Below, one piece after another: positions 1 through 10,877 of a stretch of 64,000 nucleotides of DNA; the stretch's first letter is position 1; each line of letters starts with the position of its first letter. The stretch spans positions 96,001-160,000 of the forward strand of contig CAVTRN010000001.1 in NCBI GenBank assembly GCA_963737155.1, given 5' to 3'. A model generated the notes under the pieces. It searched no databases. It was given only the letters and a program-made list of their open reading frames with translations, and had not been told where the DNA came from. The stretch is from Nitrospirota bacterium (lineage in GTDB: Bacteria > Nitrospirota > UBA9217). The translations under genes and the position numbers were made by a program.

Positions 1-341
1 TCGAGGTCACCCCCGAACGGGCAAAAAATTCAAAGATCGGCATTACCCAGATGGAATGGGGGATTGCCAATACCGGCACGCTGGCGCAAAACGCCACAGC
101 AGCTGAACAGCGGTTGGCATCCACGCTGCCGTGGATCCATATCATGCTGCTCGCCACCGACAATATCGTGGCTGATCTGCCGTCGTTCATGACGAAAATG
201 CATCCAGGCAAGAGCAACTATCTCGCACTGATCACCGGACCGAGCAAGACCGCCGATATCGAACGCGTGCTTGTCATCGGCGTCCATGGTCCCGAACGTC
301 TTGTCATCGTGTGCGTCGACGAGTTGGGAGACATGAACTAG
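1..341 (+). CDS. Lactate utilization protein C (LutC/YkgG, LUD domain), 5'-truncated by the window edge
   Basis: Frame open from base 3 (EVTPERAKNSKIGITQMEWGIANTGTL). Carries the LUD motif ITGPSKTADIERVLVIGVHGP. TAG stop overlaps the next GTG start. Confidence 0.85.
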   Translation, partial: EVTPERAKNSKIGITQMEWGIANTGTLAQNATAAEQRLASTLPWIHIMLLATDNIVADLPSFMTKMHPGKSNYLALITGPSKTADIERVLVIGVHGPERLVIVCVDELGDMN

Positions 342-2467
342 TGAATAAAGAATTCTCGGAATCCATACAAAAGGCCCTTCAGAACCGCAACCTTGCCGGC
401 ATCCTGGACCGGTGGAATTACCCGGCCACTCGTGCCGCGGCGTACGAGGGCGTCGATTTTGAGGCGCTGAGAAACCGGATAGCAAAGATAAAGAGTGATG
501 CCGCCGGACGACTCGACGAGCTTGCCGAAACATTCAAGAAGGCGGCCGAAGCCCGCGGCACCAAGGTTTTCCGGGCAAACAGCCCGCAGGCGGCCAAGGA
601 CTACATCACGAATCTCTGCAAAGAGAAGGGCGTCAAGAATATCGTCAAATCCAAGTCCATGGCCACGGAAGAGATCCATCTGAACGAACATCTTGCCAAG
701 AACGGCATCCAGGCGCATGAGACCGACCTCGGCGAATGGATCATTCAGCTTGCTCACCAGAAGCCTTCGCACATGGTCTTGCCGGCCCTCCATCTGACCA
801 AGGAGGAGGTTGCGGACCTCTTCAGCAAAGAGACGAAGGAGGAACAGCCCAACGACATCCAGCACCTGGTCAAGGTGGCACGCCAGGCGCTTCGCGAGAA
901 ATACTTTGAGGCCGATATGGGCATTTCAGGTGCAAACATCGCCATTGCCGAGACAGGCACGGTCGTTATTTGCACCAATGAAGGCAATGCCCGCCTCGTA
1001 GGCACGCTGCCGAAAACCCATTTGATCCTCGTCGGCCTTGAAAAGCTCATTGAGAATTATGCCGACGCTGCCCCGATCCTGACGGCATTGCCCAAGAGCG
1101 CAACCAGTCAGCTGATAACCTGCTATGTTTCGATGATAAGCGGCCCGGCGCAGAATACAGACGGCTCGATGAAAGATTTACATATCGTTCTTATGGACAA
1201 TAAGCGGACCGCCATGGCAAAGGATCCCAAATTTAAAGAGTCCCTCCAGTGCATCCGTTGCGGTTCCTGCCTGAATGTCTGCCCGGTCTATCGCCTGGTA
1301 ACCGGCCATGTATTCGGCCATATTTACACCGGCGGCATCGGCACGATCCTGACCGCCTGGTTCGACGAACTTAAGAAGACTGAAGATATACAGGGCCTCT
1401 GTCTTCAGTGCGGGAGGTGCAAAGCCATCTGTCCGGCAAAGATCGACATCCCCGAGCTTATCGTGGAACTCCGGCGCCGGCTCGTCCAAGAGCAGGGACT
1501 GCCCGCAGTCCAGAGGGCCATCTACTCGGTGGTGAATAACCGCCGGCTTTTCCACGCCACGCTTCGCGCCGCCGCGATCACGCAAAAGCCCTTTGTCAAG
1601 GACGGATTCATCAGGCACTTGCCGATGTTCCTGTCGGACATCACCAAGGACCGCAGTCTTCCGGCAATTGCTAAGGTCCCCTTCAGAGACAGCGTCAAGC
1701 AGATCAAGCAGCCGGGAGCCTCCGAGAAGGTGTCCTTTTATGCAGGATGCCTCATCGATTTCTCCTATCCTCATATTGGAGAAGCGGTCATCAAGGTCCT
1801 GAACAAAGCCGGCATAGAGATCTCTTTTCCCGATGAGCAGACCTGCTGCGGCGCGCCGGCACGTTACAGCGGGGCCTTTGACGTCGCGGCCAACAACGCG
1901 ATCGACAACATCAAGGCGTTGCTCAACGATGATGTGAAATACGTGGTCTCCGCCTGCCCGACCTGCACGGTCGCCCTCAAGTACGAGTTCTATAATACGC
2001 TCGAAAGCGAGGGTAAGACCGGGTGGCTTCATAAGGCAAAGGAACTCGCGGCACTAACCATAGACTTTTCGACCTTCGTCACGAAGCTCGTCAAAGAGGG
2101 GCGGCTCTCCCTGCAAAAAGCAAAGGGCCTCGGAAAATTGACATACCACGACTCCTGCCATCTCAAGAGGACCCTTCATGTCTTCGAGGAACCGCGCACT
2201 CTTCTGGCGGGGTCCGGTTTCGAGCTGGCCGAGATGCTGGAATCCGACACGTGCTGCGGCATGGGAGGGACCTATACCCTCAAGCAGCCGGAGATATCCT
2301 CCCTCATTTTGAAGCGGAAACTCGAGAATATCAAGAATACCGCGGCTTCCTCCGTCGCGATGGACTGCCCGGGATGCATCATGCAGATAAAGGGCGGCCT
2401 TGACAAAGCAGGAAGCCCGATCAAGGTAAAACATACGGCGGAGCTGTTGGCCGGGAGACTGACCTGA
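341..2467 (+). CDS. L-lactate dehydrogenase large subunit (LutB/LldF LUD domain, 2x4Fe-4S, CCG domains)
   Basis: Motifs KSKSMATEEI, ETDLGEWIIQ, CIRCGSCLNVCPVY, CLQCGRCKAICP, TCCG and YHDSCH...CCGMGG. Likely GTG start at 341. Confidence 0.9.
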   Translation: MNKEFSESIQKALQNRNLAGILDRWNYPATRAAAYEGVDFEALRNRIAKIKSDAAGRLDELAETFKKAAEARGTKVFRANSPQAAKDYITNLCKEKGVKNIVKSKSMATEEIHLNEHLAKNGIQAHETDLGEWIIQLAHQKPSHMVLPALHLTKEEVADLFSKETKEEQPNDIQHLVKVARQALREKYFEADMGISGANIAIAETGTVVICTNEGNARLVGTLPKTHLILVGLEKLIENYADAAPILTALPKSATSQLITCYVSMISGPAQNTDGSMKDLHIVLMDNKRTAMAKDPKFKESLQCIRCGSCLNVCPVYRLVTGHVFGHIYTGGIGTILTAWFDELKKTEDIQGLCLQCGRCKAICPAKIDIPELIVELRRRLVQEQGLPAVQRAIYSVVNNRRLFHATLRAAAITQKPFVKDGFIRHLPMFLSDITKDRSLPAIAKVPFRDSVKQIKQPGASEKVSFYAGCLIDFSYPHIGEAVIKVLNKAGIEISFPDEQTCCGAPARYSGAFDVAANNAIDNIKALLNDDVKYVVSACPTCTVALKYEFYNTLESEGKTGWLHKAKELAALTIDFSTFVTKLVKEGRLSLQKAKGLGKLTYHDSCHLKRTLHVFEEPRTLLAGSGFELAEMLESDTCCGMGGTYTLKQPEISSLILKRKLENIKNTAASSVAMDCPGCIMQIKGGLDKAGSPIKVKHTAELLAGRLT

Positions 2468-2578
2468 ATGAGCGGGATGTATGAGTACGGATCAAAGGCG
2501 ATAACCGATTTACGAATGAAAAAGAACGCGGATGAACGGCCTGTTTCCGTGCCATCCGCGCGACCGTCAAGATGATCT

Positions 2579-5485
2579 ATGATTGGAAATAAGAAAAAAA
2601 ACGATTACAGGGCGCTGCCCGCCGATTACCGAAAATTCTACGATGCGGCCACCGCGTTCATCCCTGCATCCCGGCTTCTGATTGACCCCTTCAAGACCCT
2701 CGCGCTCGGAACCGATGCCAGCTTCTACCGGCTAATCCCGAAAATTGTGATCAAGACCGAAAGCAGGGATGAGGTATCGAATATCCTGCAAACCGCAAGC
2801 CGGCTCAAAATTCCAGTGACTTTCAGGGCGGCGGGCACGAGCCTCTCCGGCCAGGCAGTCACCGATTCCATCCTGCTCCTGCTCGCTGGGGCCTGGAAAA
2901 ATTATGTCATCCATGACAACGGGGAGCGGATAACTCTGGAGCCGGGCGTCATCGGGGCCGAGGCGAACAGCTATCTGGCGCCCTTCGGAAAAAAAATAGG
3001 GCCGGACCCGGCCTCGATCAACAGTTGCATGATCGGCGGCATCGCTGCAAACAACGCCAGCGGCATGTGCTGCGGAACGTCTCAGAACAGCTATAAAACC
3101 GTGGAGAGCATGAAGATCATCTTCGCCGACGGCGTGTTGCTTGATACAGCAGATCATGCGTCACGGCGATCTTTTATTGAATCCCACAAAGAATTGATCC
3201 GAGAGCTCGGAATTATTCGTAACGAAATTAACGGAGATCCATGGCTCCGGTCGCGGATCGGCCGCAAATACCTCATCAAGAACACGACTGGTTACAGCAT
3301 CAACGCATTCATCGATTATTCCGATCCCCTGGACATCATCCTCCATCTCCTGATCGGGTCCGAGGGCACCCTGGGATTCAGCGCAGAGATCACGTACAAG
3401 ACCGTTGCCGAACATCCCCATAAGGCCAGCGCCCTCATCATATTCCCCGACATAGCGGGCGCCTGCAAGGCAACGATTATACTGAAAAAACAGCCCGTCT
3501 CGGCCGTCGAGCTGATGGACAGGTCCTCCCTGCGGTCGGTCGAAAGCAAGTCGGGACTTCCCGCCTATCTCAAGTCCCTGTCCGGAGAAGCGGCAGCCCT
3601 CCTGGTAGAAACGAGGGCAGGCGATCACGCGACCCTGCGTGAACAGATGGGAACGGTGAAGAAATCGCTCGCGAACATACCCACGGTATTCCCCGTCTTT
3701 TTCACCGACAAAAAACCGGAATACGAGAACCTCTGGGATGTGAGGCGGGGGCTATTCCCGGCGGTCGGTGCCGCACGGAAGATTGGGACAACGGTCATCA
3801 TTGAAGACGTGGTTTTCCCTATCGAAACGTTGGCTGATGCGACTCTCGAGCTTACGCGCCTCATGAAGCGGCACGGCTATGCTGAGGGGATCATCTTCGG
3901 CCATGCCCTCGACGGGAACCTACACTTCGTATTTACGCAGGATTTCGGCTTGCCCGAAGAGGTGGGGCGCTACCAGGGATTTATGGATGAAGTGGCCGTT
4001 ATGGTCGTGAAAAAATTCGATGGCTCGCTCAAAGGGGAGCATGGAACAGGCAGGAACATGGCACCCTTCGTGGAACTGGAATGGGGCGAAAAGGCCTACG
4101 GCCTTATGCGGAGAATCAAGAAGGCCTTCGATCCGCTCAATATCTTGAACCCTGACGTGATGATAAGTGCAAACCCAACAATCCACCTCGAAAACCTGAA
4201 ACAGCTGCCACAAACCCACGATATCGTGGACCGGTGCATAGAGTGCGGCTTCTGCGAAGTAAAGTGCCCGTCAAGAAATATTACCACAACCCCGCGACAG
4301 CGCATCGTCATTCAGCGGGAGATTTCACGCCTGAAGGCTACGAAAGAAAACGCAATAAGGCTCGGCCGTCTCGAAGACGATTATGATTATCAGGGCGAGC
4401 GAACATGCGCCGTGGACGGTCTCTGTTCCACTGCGTGCCCGGTCTCGATCAACACCGGTGAACTTACCAAGCGCTTGCGCTCATTGAAGAACACCACCAC
4501 AGGCGTCCGTATCGCTCAAGGAATAGCGAGCCACTATCCCGCTGTCCTCGCCGGCGTGAGAACCGGACTGAAAACAGCTTATGCGGCGCATGCAATCCTC
4601 GGCACATCGCTCATGAGCGGGCTTGCAAAGGGGCTGAGGGCACTTTCATTTAATTCGGTCCCCCTCTGGAATCCCTCGATGCCGAAAGGAATCTCTTCAC
4701 CGGAGTTCACTAATATCATGAGAGGCTCTGACCGGAAGGTGGTGTATTTCCCGAGCTGTATCGTCAGAACCATGGGGCCCGCACAAGGCGATAAAGACGA
4801 GAGGCCGGTCTTCGAGGCAATGCTTTCGGTCCTCCGCAAGGCAAACTATGACGTGCTCTTTCCAAAAGCCATGGAGAGACTCTGCTGCGGCCTCACCTTT
4901 GAGAGTAAAGGTTTCTTCTCGCAGGCCGACACGATGTCGAAGGAGCTCGAGGAAGCGGTCCTTGAGTGCAGCAACAACGGCGAATATCCCGTCCTCTGTG
5001 ATACGAGCCCCTGTCTTTACCGGATGAGGACCGCCTTCAAGTCAAAATTGAAACTCTACGAACCCGTGGAGTTTATCCACGATTTCCTCATGGACCGTCT
5101 CGATTTCGCGATGACCCCTGAGACGGTGACAGTGCACGTGACCTGCAGTTCGACCAAGATGGGGCTCGCGGAAAAATTCAGGGCCGTCGCGCATGCTTGC
5201 GCCGAGAAAGTCGTAATGCCGCCAAAGATCGGGTGCTGTGGTTTTGCCGGTGACCGGGGCTTCACCTATCCCGAGCTCAACGCCTCGGCCCTCGCGGACT
5301 TGAACCGGTCGCTTCCCATGGAATGCGTCGCAGGATATTCGAACAGCCGCACGTGTGAGATCGGGTTGTCGCACCACAGCGGCATTTCGTATCAATCCAT
5401 CGTTCACCTCGTGGACAAATGCACGTCCAAAAGATTGCAACTTACTGCCAGGCTTCCTCTTCCGGATATAAAGCCAATCATCTGA
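2579..5485 (+). CDS. FAD-binding Fe-S oxidoreductase, D-lactate dehydrogenase (Dld-II type)
   Basis: Motifs FRAAGTSLSGQA, GPDPAS, GSEGTLG, LKGEHGTGRNM, CIECGFCEVKCP and C-terminal CCG domains. Lies next to the lut genes. Confidence 0.88.
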   Translation: MIGNKKKNDYRALPADYRKFYDAATAFIPASRLLIDPFKTLALGTDASFYRLIPKIVIKTESRDEVSNILQTASRLKIPVTFRAAGTSLSGQAVTDSILLLLAGAWKNYVIHDNGERITLEPGVIGAEANSYLAPFGKKIGPDPASINSCMIGGIAANNASGMCCGTSQNSYKTVESMKIIFADGVLLDTADHASRRSFIESHKELIRELGIIRNEINGDPWLRSRIGRKYLIKNTTGYSINAFIDYSDPLDIILHLLIGSEGTLGFSAEITYKTVAEHPHKASALIIFPDIAGACKATIILKKQPVSAVELMDRSSLRSVESKSGLPAYLKSLSGEAAALLVETRAGDHATLREQMGTVKKSLANIPTVFPVFFTDKKPEYENLWDVRRGLFPAVGAARKIGTTVIIEDVVFPIETLADATLELTRLMKRHGYAEGIIFGHALDGNLHFVFTQDFGLPEEVGRYQGFMDEVAVMVVKKFDGSLKGEHGTGRNMAPFVELEWGEKAYGLMRRIKKAFDPLNILNPDVMISANPTIHLENLKQLPQTHDIVDRCIECGFCEVKCPSRNITTTPRQRIVIQREISRLKATKENAIRLGRLEDDYDYQGERTCAVDGLCSTACPVSINTGELTKRLRSLKNTTTGVRIAQGIASHYPAVLAGVRTGLKTAYAAHAILGTSLMSGLAKGLRALSFNSVPLWNPSMPKGISSPEFTNIMRGSDRKVVYFPSCIVRTMGPAQGDKDERPVFEAMLSVLRKANYDVLFPKAMERLCCGLTFESKGFFSQADTMSKELEEAVLECSNNGEYPVLCDTSPCLYRMRTAFKSKLKLYEPVEFIHDFLMDRLDFAMTPETVTVHVTCSSTKMGLAEKFRAVAHACAEKVVMPPKIGCCGFAGDRGFTYPELNASALADLNRSLPMECVAGYSNSRTCEIGLSHHSGISYQSIVHLVDKCTSKRLQLTARLPLPDIKPII

Positions 5486-5790
5486 GTCACCATGCTACGA
5501 TATCGCCTTGATAATCTAAATCACATCGTTTATCACCAGCTACACGTTGCTGTGGAGCATTCGTACGTTCCCTGAACCGGGACAACCCGAACCCGTATGG
5601 AATGAACAAATACTCATAGAATCTCAAATGGGCAAGGAAAGCTTTTTTGTTCCATCGTTTTAGAAAAATTTACCGATGAAAATGTTATAATGTGGAATGG
5701 CGCGGAAAGTTGAAATGTTGAATAAAGGCTCTTGATGGCTATACGCATTCCATCCCTATTATCCAGGATACGGTAACATACAGGTGGCGC

Positions 5791-7398
5791 ATGCATAATT
5801 ACCGTCTATCAGATTTATTGGACATATCGCTCATCCAGAAACTGGCGGACTCGAATTTTCTTGCAAGCGGTTTACCCCTGAGCATTATCGACGCGCATGA
5901 CACCTCCGTTCTTCTCCGAGCCGGCTGGACTGATATCTGCATGAATTTCCACCGCGCTTGCACTGCTTCCCACCAGCGATGTATTGAGAGCGATTCTTCG
6001 ATAAGTGATTTTCGTCTCACGGGCGACGCGGAGGCGAGGCGGTATAAATGTAAAAACGGCCTCTGGCACGTGGCCATCCCGATTGTTGTCGCCGGCAAAC
6101 ACTTGGCAACAATGTTTCTGGCGCAATTTATTTTCGAGGGTGAAATCCTGGATCGGGAATACTTTAGCCGGCAGGCGCTGGAATTCGGCTATGATCAGCA
6201 GGCTTATCTTGCCGCGCTCGGCAAGCTGCCCGTTTTCAGTGTCGAGAAAGTGGACTATATAGTTGCCTATGACAAAGCTCTGGTGCGTTTTATTGCGGAC
6301 CTGGCGGAGCAATCGCTGAGGATCATCGAGACAAAGAAGTCGCTTACCGAAAGTGAAGAGAAATACCGCACGCTGGTGAACAATATTCGCATTGGTGTCT
6401 TCCGGAATACGCCCGGTAAGGGGCGGCACATTTACGCCAACCCGGCCATGGCGGAAATGTTCGGTTATGATTCCCTCGAAGAGTTCATGGGGCACCGGAT
6501 AATCGACGAATACGAGAAACCCCATGAGCGGGCGCGTCTTCTTGAAGCAATCAAACGTCATGGTTTCGTTAAAGATATGGAATTGGCAATGCGCAAAAAG
6601 GATGGGACGCTTATCTTGTGTTCATGCACCGCCACCGCGCACATCGACGAACTGGGGAAAATTGAGTGGCTGGACGGCATCATCGAAGATATTACCGAGC
6701 GCAAGCGGGTCGAGATGGAATTACGGCGGTCCCGTGAGGAGTTAAGAAGCCTTTCGGCGCACATTCAGTCTGCTCGTGAAGAAGAGCGGGGGCGTATCGC
6801 TCGGGAGATCCACGATGAGCTCGGCCAAATGCTGTCAAAACTGAAGCTTGACATAGCGTGGCTCAAAAAAAGGCTGTCGAACGAACAGGGGCAGCTCGTT
6901 GAAAAGAGTGACAAGATGTCGGACCTCGTCGACAGCACCATTCGGGCCGTACAGAGAATATCGTCAGAATTAAGGCCGGGGGTGCTGGATTACCTGGGAC
7001 TCCCGGACGCGATCGAGTGGCAGGCAAAGGAATTCAAAGAGCAGACCGGGATCGGATGCACGACCTCAATCCCATCCGACCTCGTGGTAGAGGACAAAGA
7101 TATTTCCACGGCCGTGTTCAGGATATTTCAGGAAACGCTGACCAACATCATCCGTCACTCGAAGGCGAGCCGTGTTGACGTCGTCCTGAAACAGGAAGAT
7201 AATATCCTCGAACTCGACGTGCAGGATAACGGCATGGGCATTCTCAACGAAAAGGTCGTGCACCATGCCTCGTTCGGGCTCTTGGGGATGCGGGAGCGCG
7301 CACGCTTTCTTGGCGGAAAAGTCAGTATCACGGGCGTTCCAGGCAAGGGGACCGCGGTCGTGGTGAGCATACCGCTCGATGGCAAGGTGAACAGATGA
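5791..7398 (+). CDS. Sensor histidine kinase (PocR ligand-binding, PAS, HisKA_3/HATPase)
   Basis: PocR-like N-terminus (ICMNFHR...RCIESD...YKCKNGLWHVAIPI). Also EEERGRIAREIHDELGQ, QETLTNIIRHS and GLLGMRER. Confidence 0.9.
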   Translation: MHNYRLSDLLDISLIQKLADSNFLASGLPLSIIDAHDTSVLLRAGWTDICMNFHRACTASHQRCIESDSSISDFRLTGDAEARRYKCKNGLWHVAIPIVVAGKHLATMFLAQFIFEGEILDREYFSRQALEFGYDQQAYLAALGKLPVFSVEKVDYIVAYDKALVRFIADLAEQSLRIIETKKSLTESEEKYRTLVNNIRIGVFRNTPGKGRHIYANPAMAEMFGYDSLEEFMGHRIIDEYEKPHERARLLEAIKRHGFVKDMELAMRKKDGTLILCSCTATAHIDELGKIEWLDGIIEDITERKRVEMELRRSREELRSLSAHIQSAREEERGRIAREIHDELGQMLSKLKLDIAWLKKRLSNEQGQLVEKSDKMSDLVDSTIRAVQRISSELRPGVLDYLGLPDAIEWQAKEFKEQTGIGCTTSIPSDLVVEDKDISTAVFRIFQETLTNIIRHSKASRVDVVLKQEDNILELDVQDNGMGILNEKVVHHASFGLLGMRERARFLGGKVSITGVPGKGTAVVVSIPLDGKVNR

Positions 7399-8036
7399 CG
7401 CGGATACTTGTGGCAGACGATCATGCTATCTTCAGGGAGGGATTGAGGCAGATCCTCGAGGAAGTCCCCGATCTGGTTGTCGTTGATGAAGCAAGCCACG
7501 GACAGGAGGTTCTTGATAAAGTTTCCAGGAAAGACTATGACCTTCTCCTCCTCGATATAGCCATGCCCGGCCTAAGCGGGCTTGATACGTTAAAGCTCCT
7601 GAAAAGCCAGAAACCCAATCTGCGGGTTCTGATCTTGAGCATGTATCCCGAAGAGCAATATGCCATTCGCGCGATGAAGGCGGGTGCCTACGGTTATATC
7701 ACAAAAGCAAGCGCCTCGGAAGAGCTGATCCAGGCGATCCGCAAGGTTTCGAGGGGGGAGAAATACTTCAGCCCATCCGTCGCAAAAAAATTGCTTTTCG
7801 ATTTCCAGCCGGATCCCGAACAGCCGCTGCATGAACGGCTTTCCGACCGAGAGTACCAGATCATCTGCATGATCGGACGCGGAAAAACCGTGAGCGAGAT
7901 CGCCGAAACGCTGAGCTTGAGCGTCAAGACCGTGAGTACCCACAGAATGCATATCCTGGGAAAAATGCAGATGAAAACGAATGCAGAACTGACAAATTAT
8001 GCCATCAAGCACAACCTTGTGTGTATGACCGATTAG
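7395..8036 (+). CDS. NarL/UvrY-family response regulator (REC plus LuxR HTH)
   Basis: Motifs ADDHAIFREG, LDIAMPG and LSDREYQI...LSVKTVSTH. ATGA overlap with the kinase gene. Confidence 0.93.
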   Translation: MTRILVADDHAIFREGLRQILEEVPDLVVVDEASHGQEVLDKVSRKDYDLLLLDIAMPGLSGLDTLKLLKSQKPNLRVLILSMYPEEQYAIRAMKAGAYGYITKASASEELIQAIRKVSRGEKYFSPSVAKKLLFDFQPDPEQPLHERLSDREYQIICMIGRGKTVSEIAETLSLSVKTVSTHRMHILGKMQMKTNAELTNYAIKHNLVCMTD

Positions 8037-8542
8037 CGTTACTATGATTTCACGTGATTTCTGCCGCTTGGTTCGGAGTTACGATTTTTTGGAACCGCAC
8101 AATTCATGATGAAATTGTGACGTTCTTACATAGCAGGTTTTGCATCTGTCTCGATTCTAAGCCGCATCTTATTAAATGGAACTTCCCCCCTCGCTATTTA
8201 TCTTTTAGATTGTCCCGCAATAGTTCTACGCAATACACCTGCAAGCTTGCCTTAATAACAGTCGAAAACGTGAAAATCAGATGAAAAACATTTAATGGCC
8301 TCAATTTTGGAGATAACGCTTGTCTTGGCTAAATCGAGTTAAAGAGCGGTGAAATTGCCGAAAAATGGTCATTTCCCACATGCTTTCTTAGAAATAGAAG
8401 TTCCAATTATCCATTAAATAACAATTATAATTTTATAAGAAAAATTTATCTGATCAAGATGGATGCTTAACGAGCTGTTTCTAAAGCCTATTTTATTCGT
8501 GCTTATTTTTATAACACGTATGAAACATTAAAATAAGAATAA

Positions 8543-8558
8543 TGGTGCGGTACTTGCT
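8543..8558 (+). promoter_or_regulatory. Putative sigma-54 (-24/-12) promoter
   Basis: TGGTGCGGTACTTGCT has exact GG-N10-GC spacing, about 90 bp upstream of the exosortase-substrate remnant. Confidence 0.55.
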
Positions 8559-8649
8559 TGTATCTTTTGAATTACAATGCGAATAACGGTTTTAAATGGC
8601 TAAATTTGGTGTTTTCACTTGTTAGTAGTATAGACCATGGGGCAATGAA

Positions 8650-8846
8650 ATGTGGAACCATCGTAGGGGCTGGAAATTTTCAAAAATAGTAAAGTTGGCG
8701 GTTCTGCTGCTTTGCTCGGTATTGACATTGCCGATAACTTCCTGGGCTGCGGTGGGAGATATCGTAATGCGCAGTGACTTGCGGCAACCTTTGCCATCCT
8801 GATGATTGCAGGTGGATATTTGCTGAGAAGAAGGCAGAAAACATAG
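8650..8846 (+). pseudogene. Broken exosortase substrate: signal peptide plus C-terminal sorting tail in different frames
   Basis: ATG 8650 gives MWNHRRGWKFSKIVKLAVLLLCSVLTLPITSWAA (stop 8802). Another frame at 8778-8846 gives LAATFAILMIAGGYLLRRRQKT*, a hydrophobic helix plus basic cluster. Confidence 0.6.
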
Positions 8847-8866
8847 ACAGGAAAAATAAAAATCTG

Positions 8867-9424
8867 ATGTCTAAAATTCAAACTGATTCGGACAAAAAGC
8901 AAAAGGGGCATTTGTCTAGAGATCTGAAATATCTCAAGATGCCCCTTTTGTTCTGTTTTACGGTTCTTTTCTTAAACCTGCTATCCTATGTCTCTTATCA
9001 GCAAGGATACCACTCATTTCTTCAGATGCTCACTGCACAAGCGGCAACGGGAGTCATCAATCTTTTCGGCATAGCAGCCACGCGGGAAAACACGTTCATT
9101 CATCTTACGAACGCCGTGTGGGTAGTAAACAGCTCATGTACGGCTATCACTGTCATGATAATATTTGCTGCCTTCATAGCGGTCTATAAGGCATCTTTCA
9201 AGGCTAAGGGCATAGGACTTCTTTTGGGGCTTCCTGTCATTTTCACGGCCAATATAGCGAGACTGCTTCTTATGGCTGTTATCGATAAGTACAAGCCCGC
9301 GTATTCCGCGTATTTTCACGATTATCTATGGCAGGTGGCATTCATCATTATGATAGTTTTCATGTGGATAGTATGGACAGAGATGGTGATGAAGCATGAA
9401 GTTAAAGCTGATATTCCTGGTTAA
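8867..9424 (+). CDS. Exosortase/archaeosortase family protein, exosortase H-like
   Basis: Multi-TM protein with Cys (NSSCTA), N-x-x-R (ANIARL) and His (FHDYLWQ) at exosortase catalytic positions. Start placed at ATG 8867. Confidence 0.8.
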   Translation: MSKIQTDSDKKQKGHLSRDLKYLKMPLLFCFTVLFLNLLSYVSYQQGYHSFLQMLTAQAATGVINLFGIAATRENTFIHLTNAVWVVNSSCTAITVMIIFAAFIAVYKASFKAKGIGLLLGLPVIFTANIARLLLMAVIDKYKPAYSAYFHDYLWQVAFIIMIVFMWIVWTEMVMKHEVKADIPG

Positions 9425-9830
9425 AGTTCTCCTCTGCTCCATAGGACTCTATGCCATTTGGAGCCCAATTTCACAAGGATATGAGTTCATACTGAAAGAA
9501 CTCATGACGCTTTTCACGACACCCCGGGATTTATTAAATAATATCCTTGCCTACCTATCCATAACATCACGCTGGATGATTCCTTTTTTCTCGCTTATGA
9601 TTGCGACTCCCAATATCCCGATCATGAAAAGAGCAGAGGTCACTGGTATCGGCATAGCAGTTTTTTTTATAATTGACTGCATCTTTATTTTATACGTTGT
9701 CAATTTACGAAATAGAATCAATATAGATCTGCAAACCGTGGATTGTCTGCATCAATGCCTAAAGCTACTGGCGTCCTTGATGCTCTGGATAATTGCAAAC
9801 CCTACCTTTTTAATATCGCAGGTGGAATAA
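9396..9830 (+). CDS. Exosortase-associated membrane protein
   Basis: Hydrophobic protein with PFFSLMIATP...KR motif. Overlaps the exosortase gene. Confidence 0.6.
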   Translation: MKLKLIFLVKVLLCSIGLYAIWSPISQGYEFILKELMTLFTTPRDLLNNILAYLSITSRWMIPFFSLMIATPNIPIMKRAEVTGIGIAVFFIIDCIFILYVVNLRNRINIDLQTVDCLHQCLKLLASLMLWIIANPTFLISQVE

Positions 9831-10286
9831 AGTCCTGGACATAATATCGGTTTCGAGTTAGCTAATCGTTTCGATTAACGAATCCTCATGTTGATGTCTT
9901 GCATGCAAGTTTGAACAGGACGTTGATAATCGCTTCACTTAATCGAAATCACCGCTGGGAGGCGGAGGCGAGTTTTCGTACAATATTAGTAGAGTTGCAC
10001 AATTGACATTGAAGTATACAACACCCCGCATCCTGTATTTGATGAATTTGCCAATTTTTGCACTGCTTAAAGCTCGAACCTGTCCTATATGGATTGAGCA
10101 TGAGGTATTCTGCATGATCTCTAGCCATTTTTCCCCCATACGAAGGATAGACAGGTGTTTGTTCAACGGGCCGTATGTTCCAAAGCCACGATAGCGGGGA
10201 AAAATCGATGTCCAGCTTATACAAATAAAAAATACCTTTTTTAAGAAATAAGAATGAGTCATGCGAGATGAAAATCACATTTATGC

Positions 10287-10877
10287 TTACTTTGACATAA
10301 TTGAAGTAAGGATTTGTCGTGCTTTATAATCGTCCGGCTTAATTTTTAGCCCTAATTCAAATTCTACTCGCGCCCTGTCTTGGGAGCCATTGTTCAGGTA
10401 GATGAGTCCAAGATTATAATGGGCCTCTGCGTTATTCGGATTCTGCACTAATGCGTTTTGGTATTGTTCTATGGCCATATCGAATATCCCTTTAGATGCA
10501 TATGCATTCCCGAGATTATAATGAGCCGCCGCGTAATTTGTCTTCAATATTAATGCGGTTCTGTATTGTTCTATTGCCATGTCGAATAGGTCTTCAGATA
10601 AGTATACATTGCCAAGATTATTATGCGCGAGAGGACTTGATGGGCTCTTATCAGCGACGTAATCCCAGAATACGGTGCTATCCTTCCATATGCCAATTTG
10701 CTTTATCGTGGCATATGACCGGGATGCAAGCATGATCAAGGCGACAAAAAGACTTGCCATGTGTGAAATCGCTCTCCACCGTTTTAATAATTTCGCCTTT
10801 TCGTAAAGTTTTGCTGCGCCTAACCCAATAATAAAAAATAATCCAAGACTAGGTAAATAAGTATGCCTGTCTGCCAT
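10287..10877 (-). pseudogene. 3' fragment of a TMTC-like membrane glycosyltransferase/TPR protein
   Basis: Starts at the internal motif (QS)MADRHTYLPS, followed by a TM segment, W-x-D-S-x-x-FW and three TPRs (AHNNLG, AHYNLG twice). The long N-terminal membrane region is absent. Confidence 0.7.

Noticed and set aside
8775-8777. TGA before the CTERM-like tail as a selenocysteine codon
   Set aside because: That frame has no credible start, and no comparable hairpin lies 11 nt downstream.
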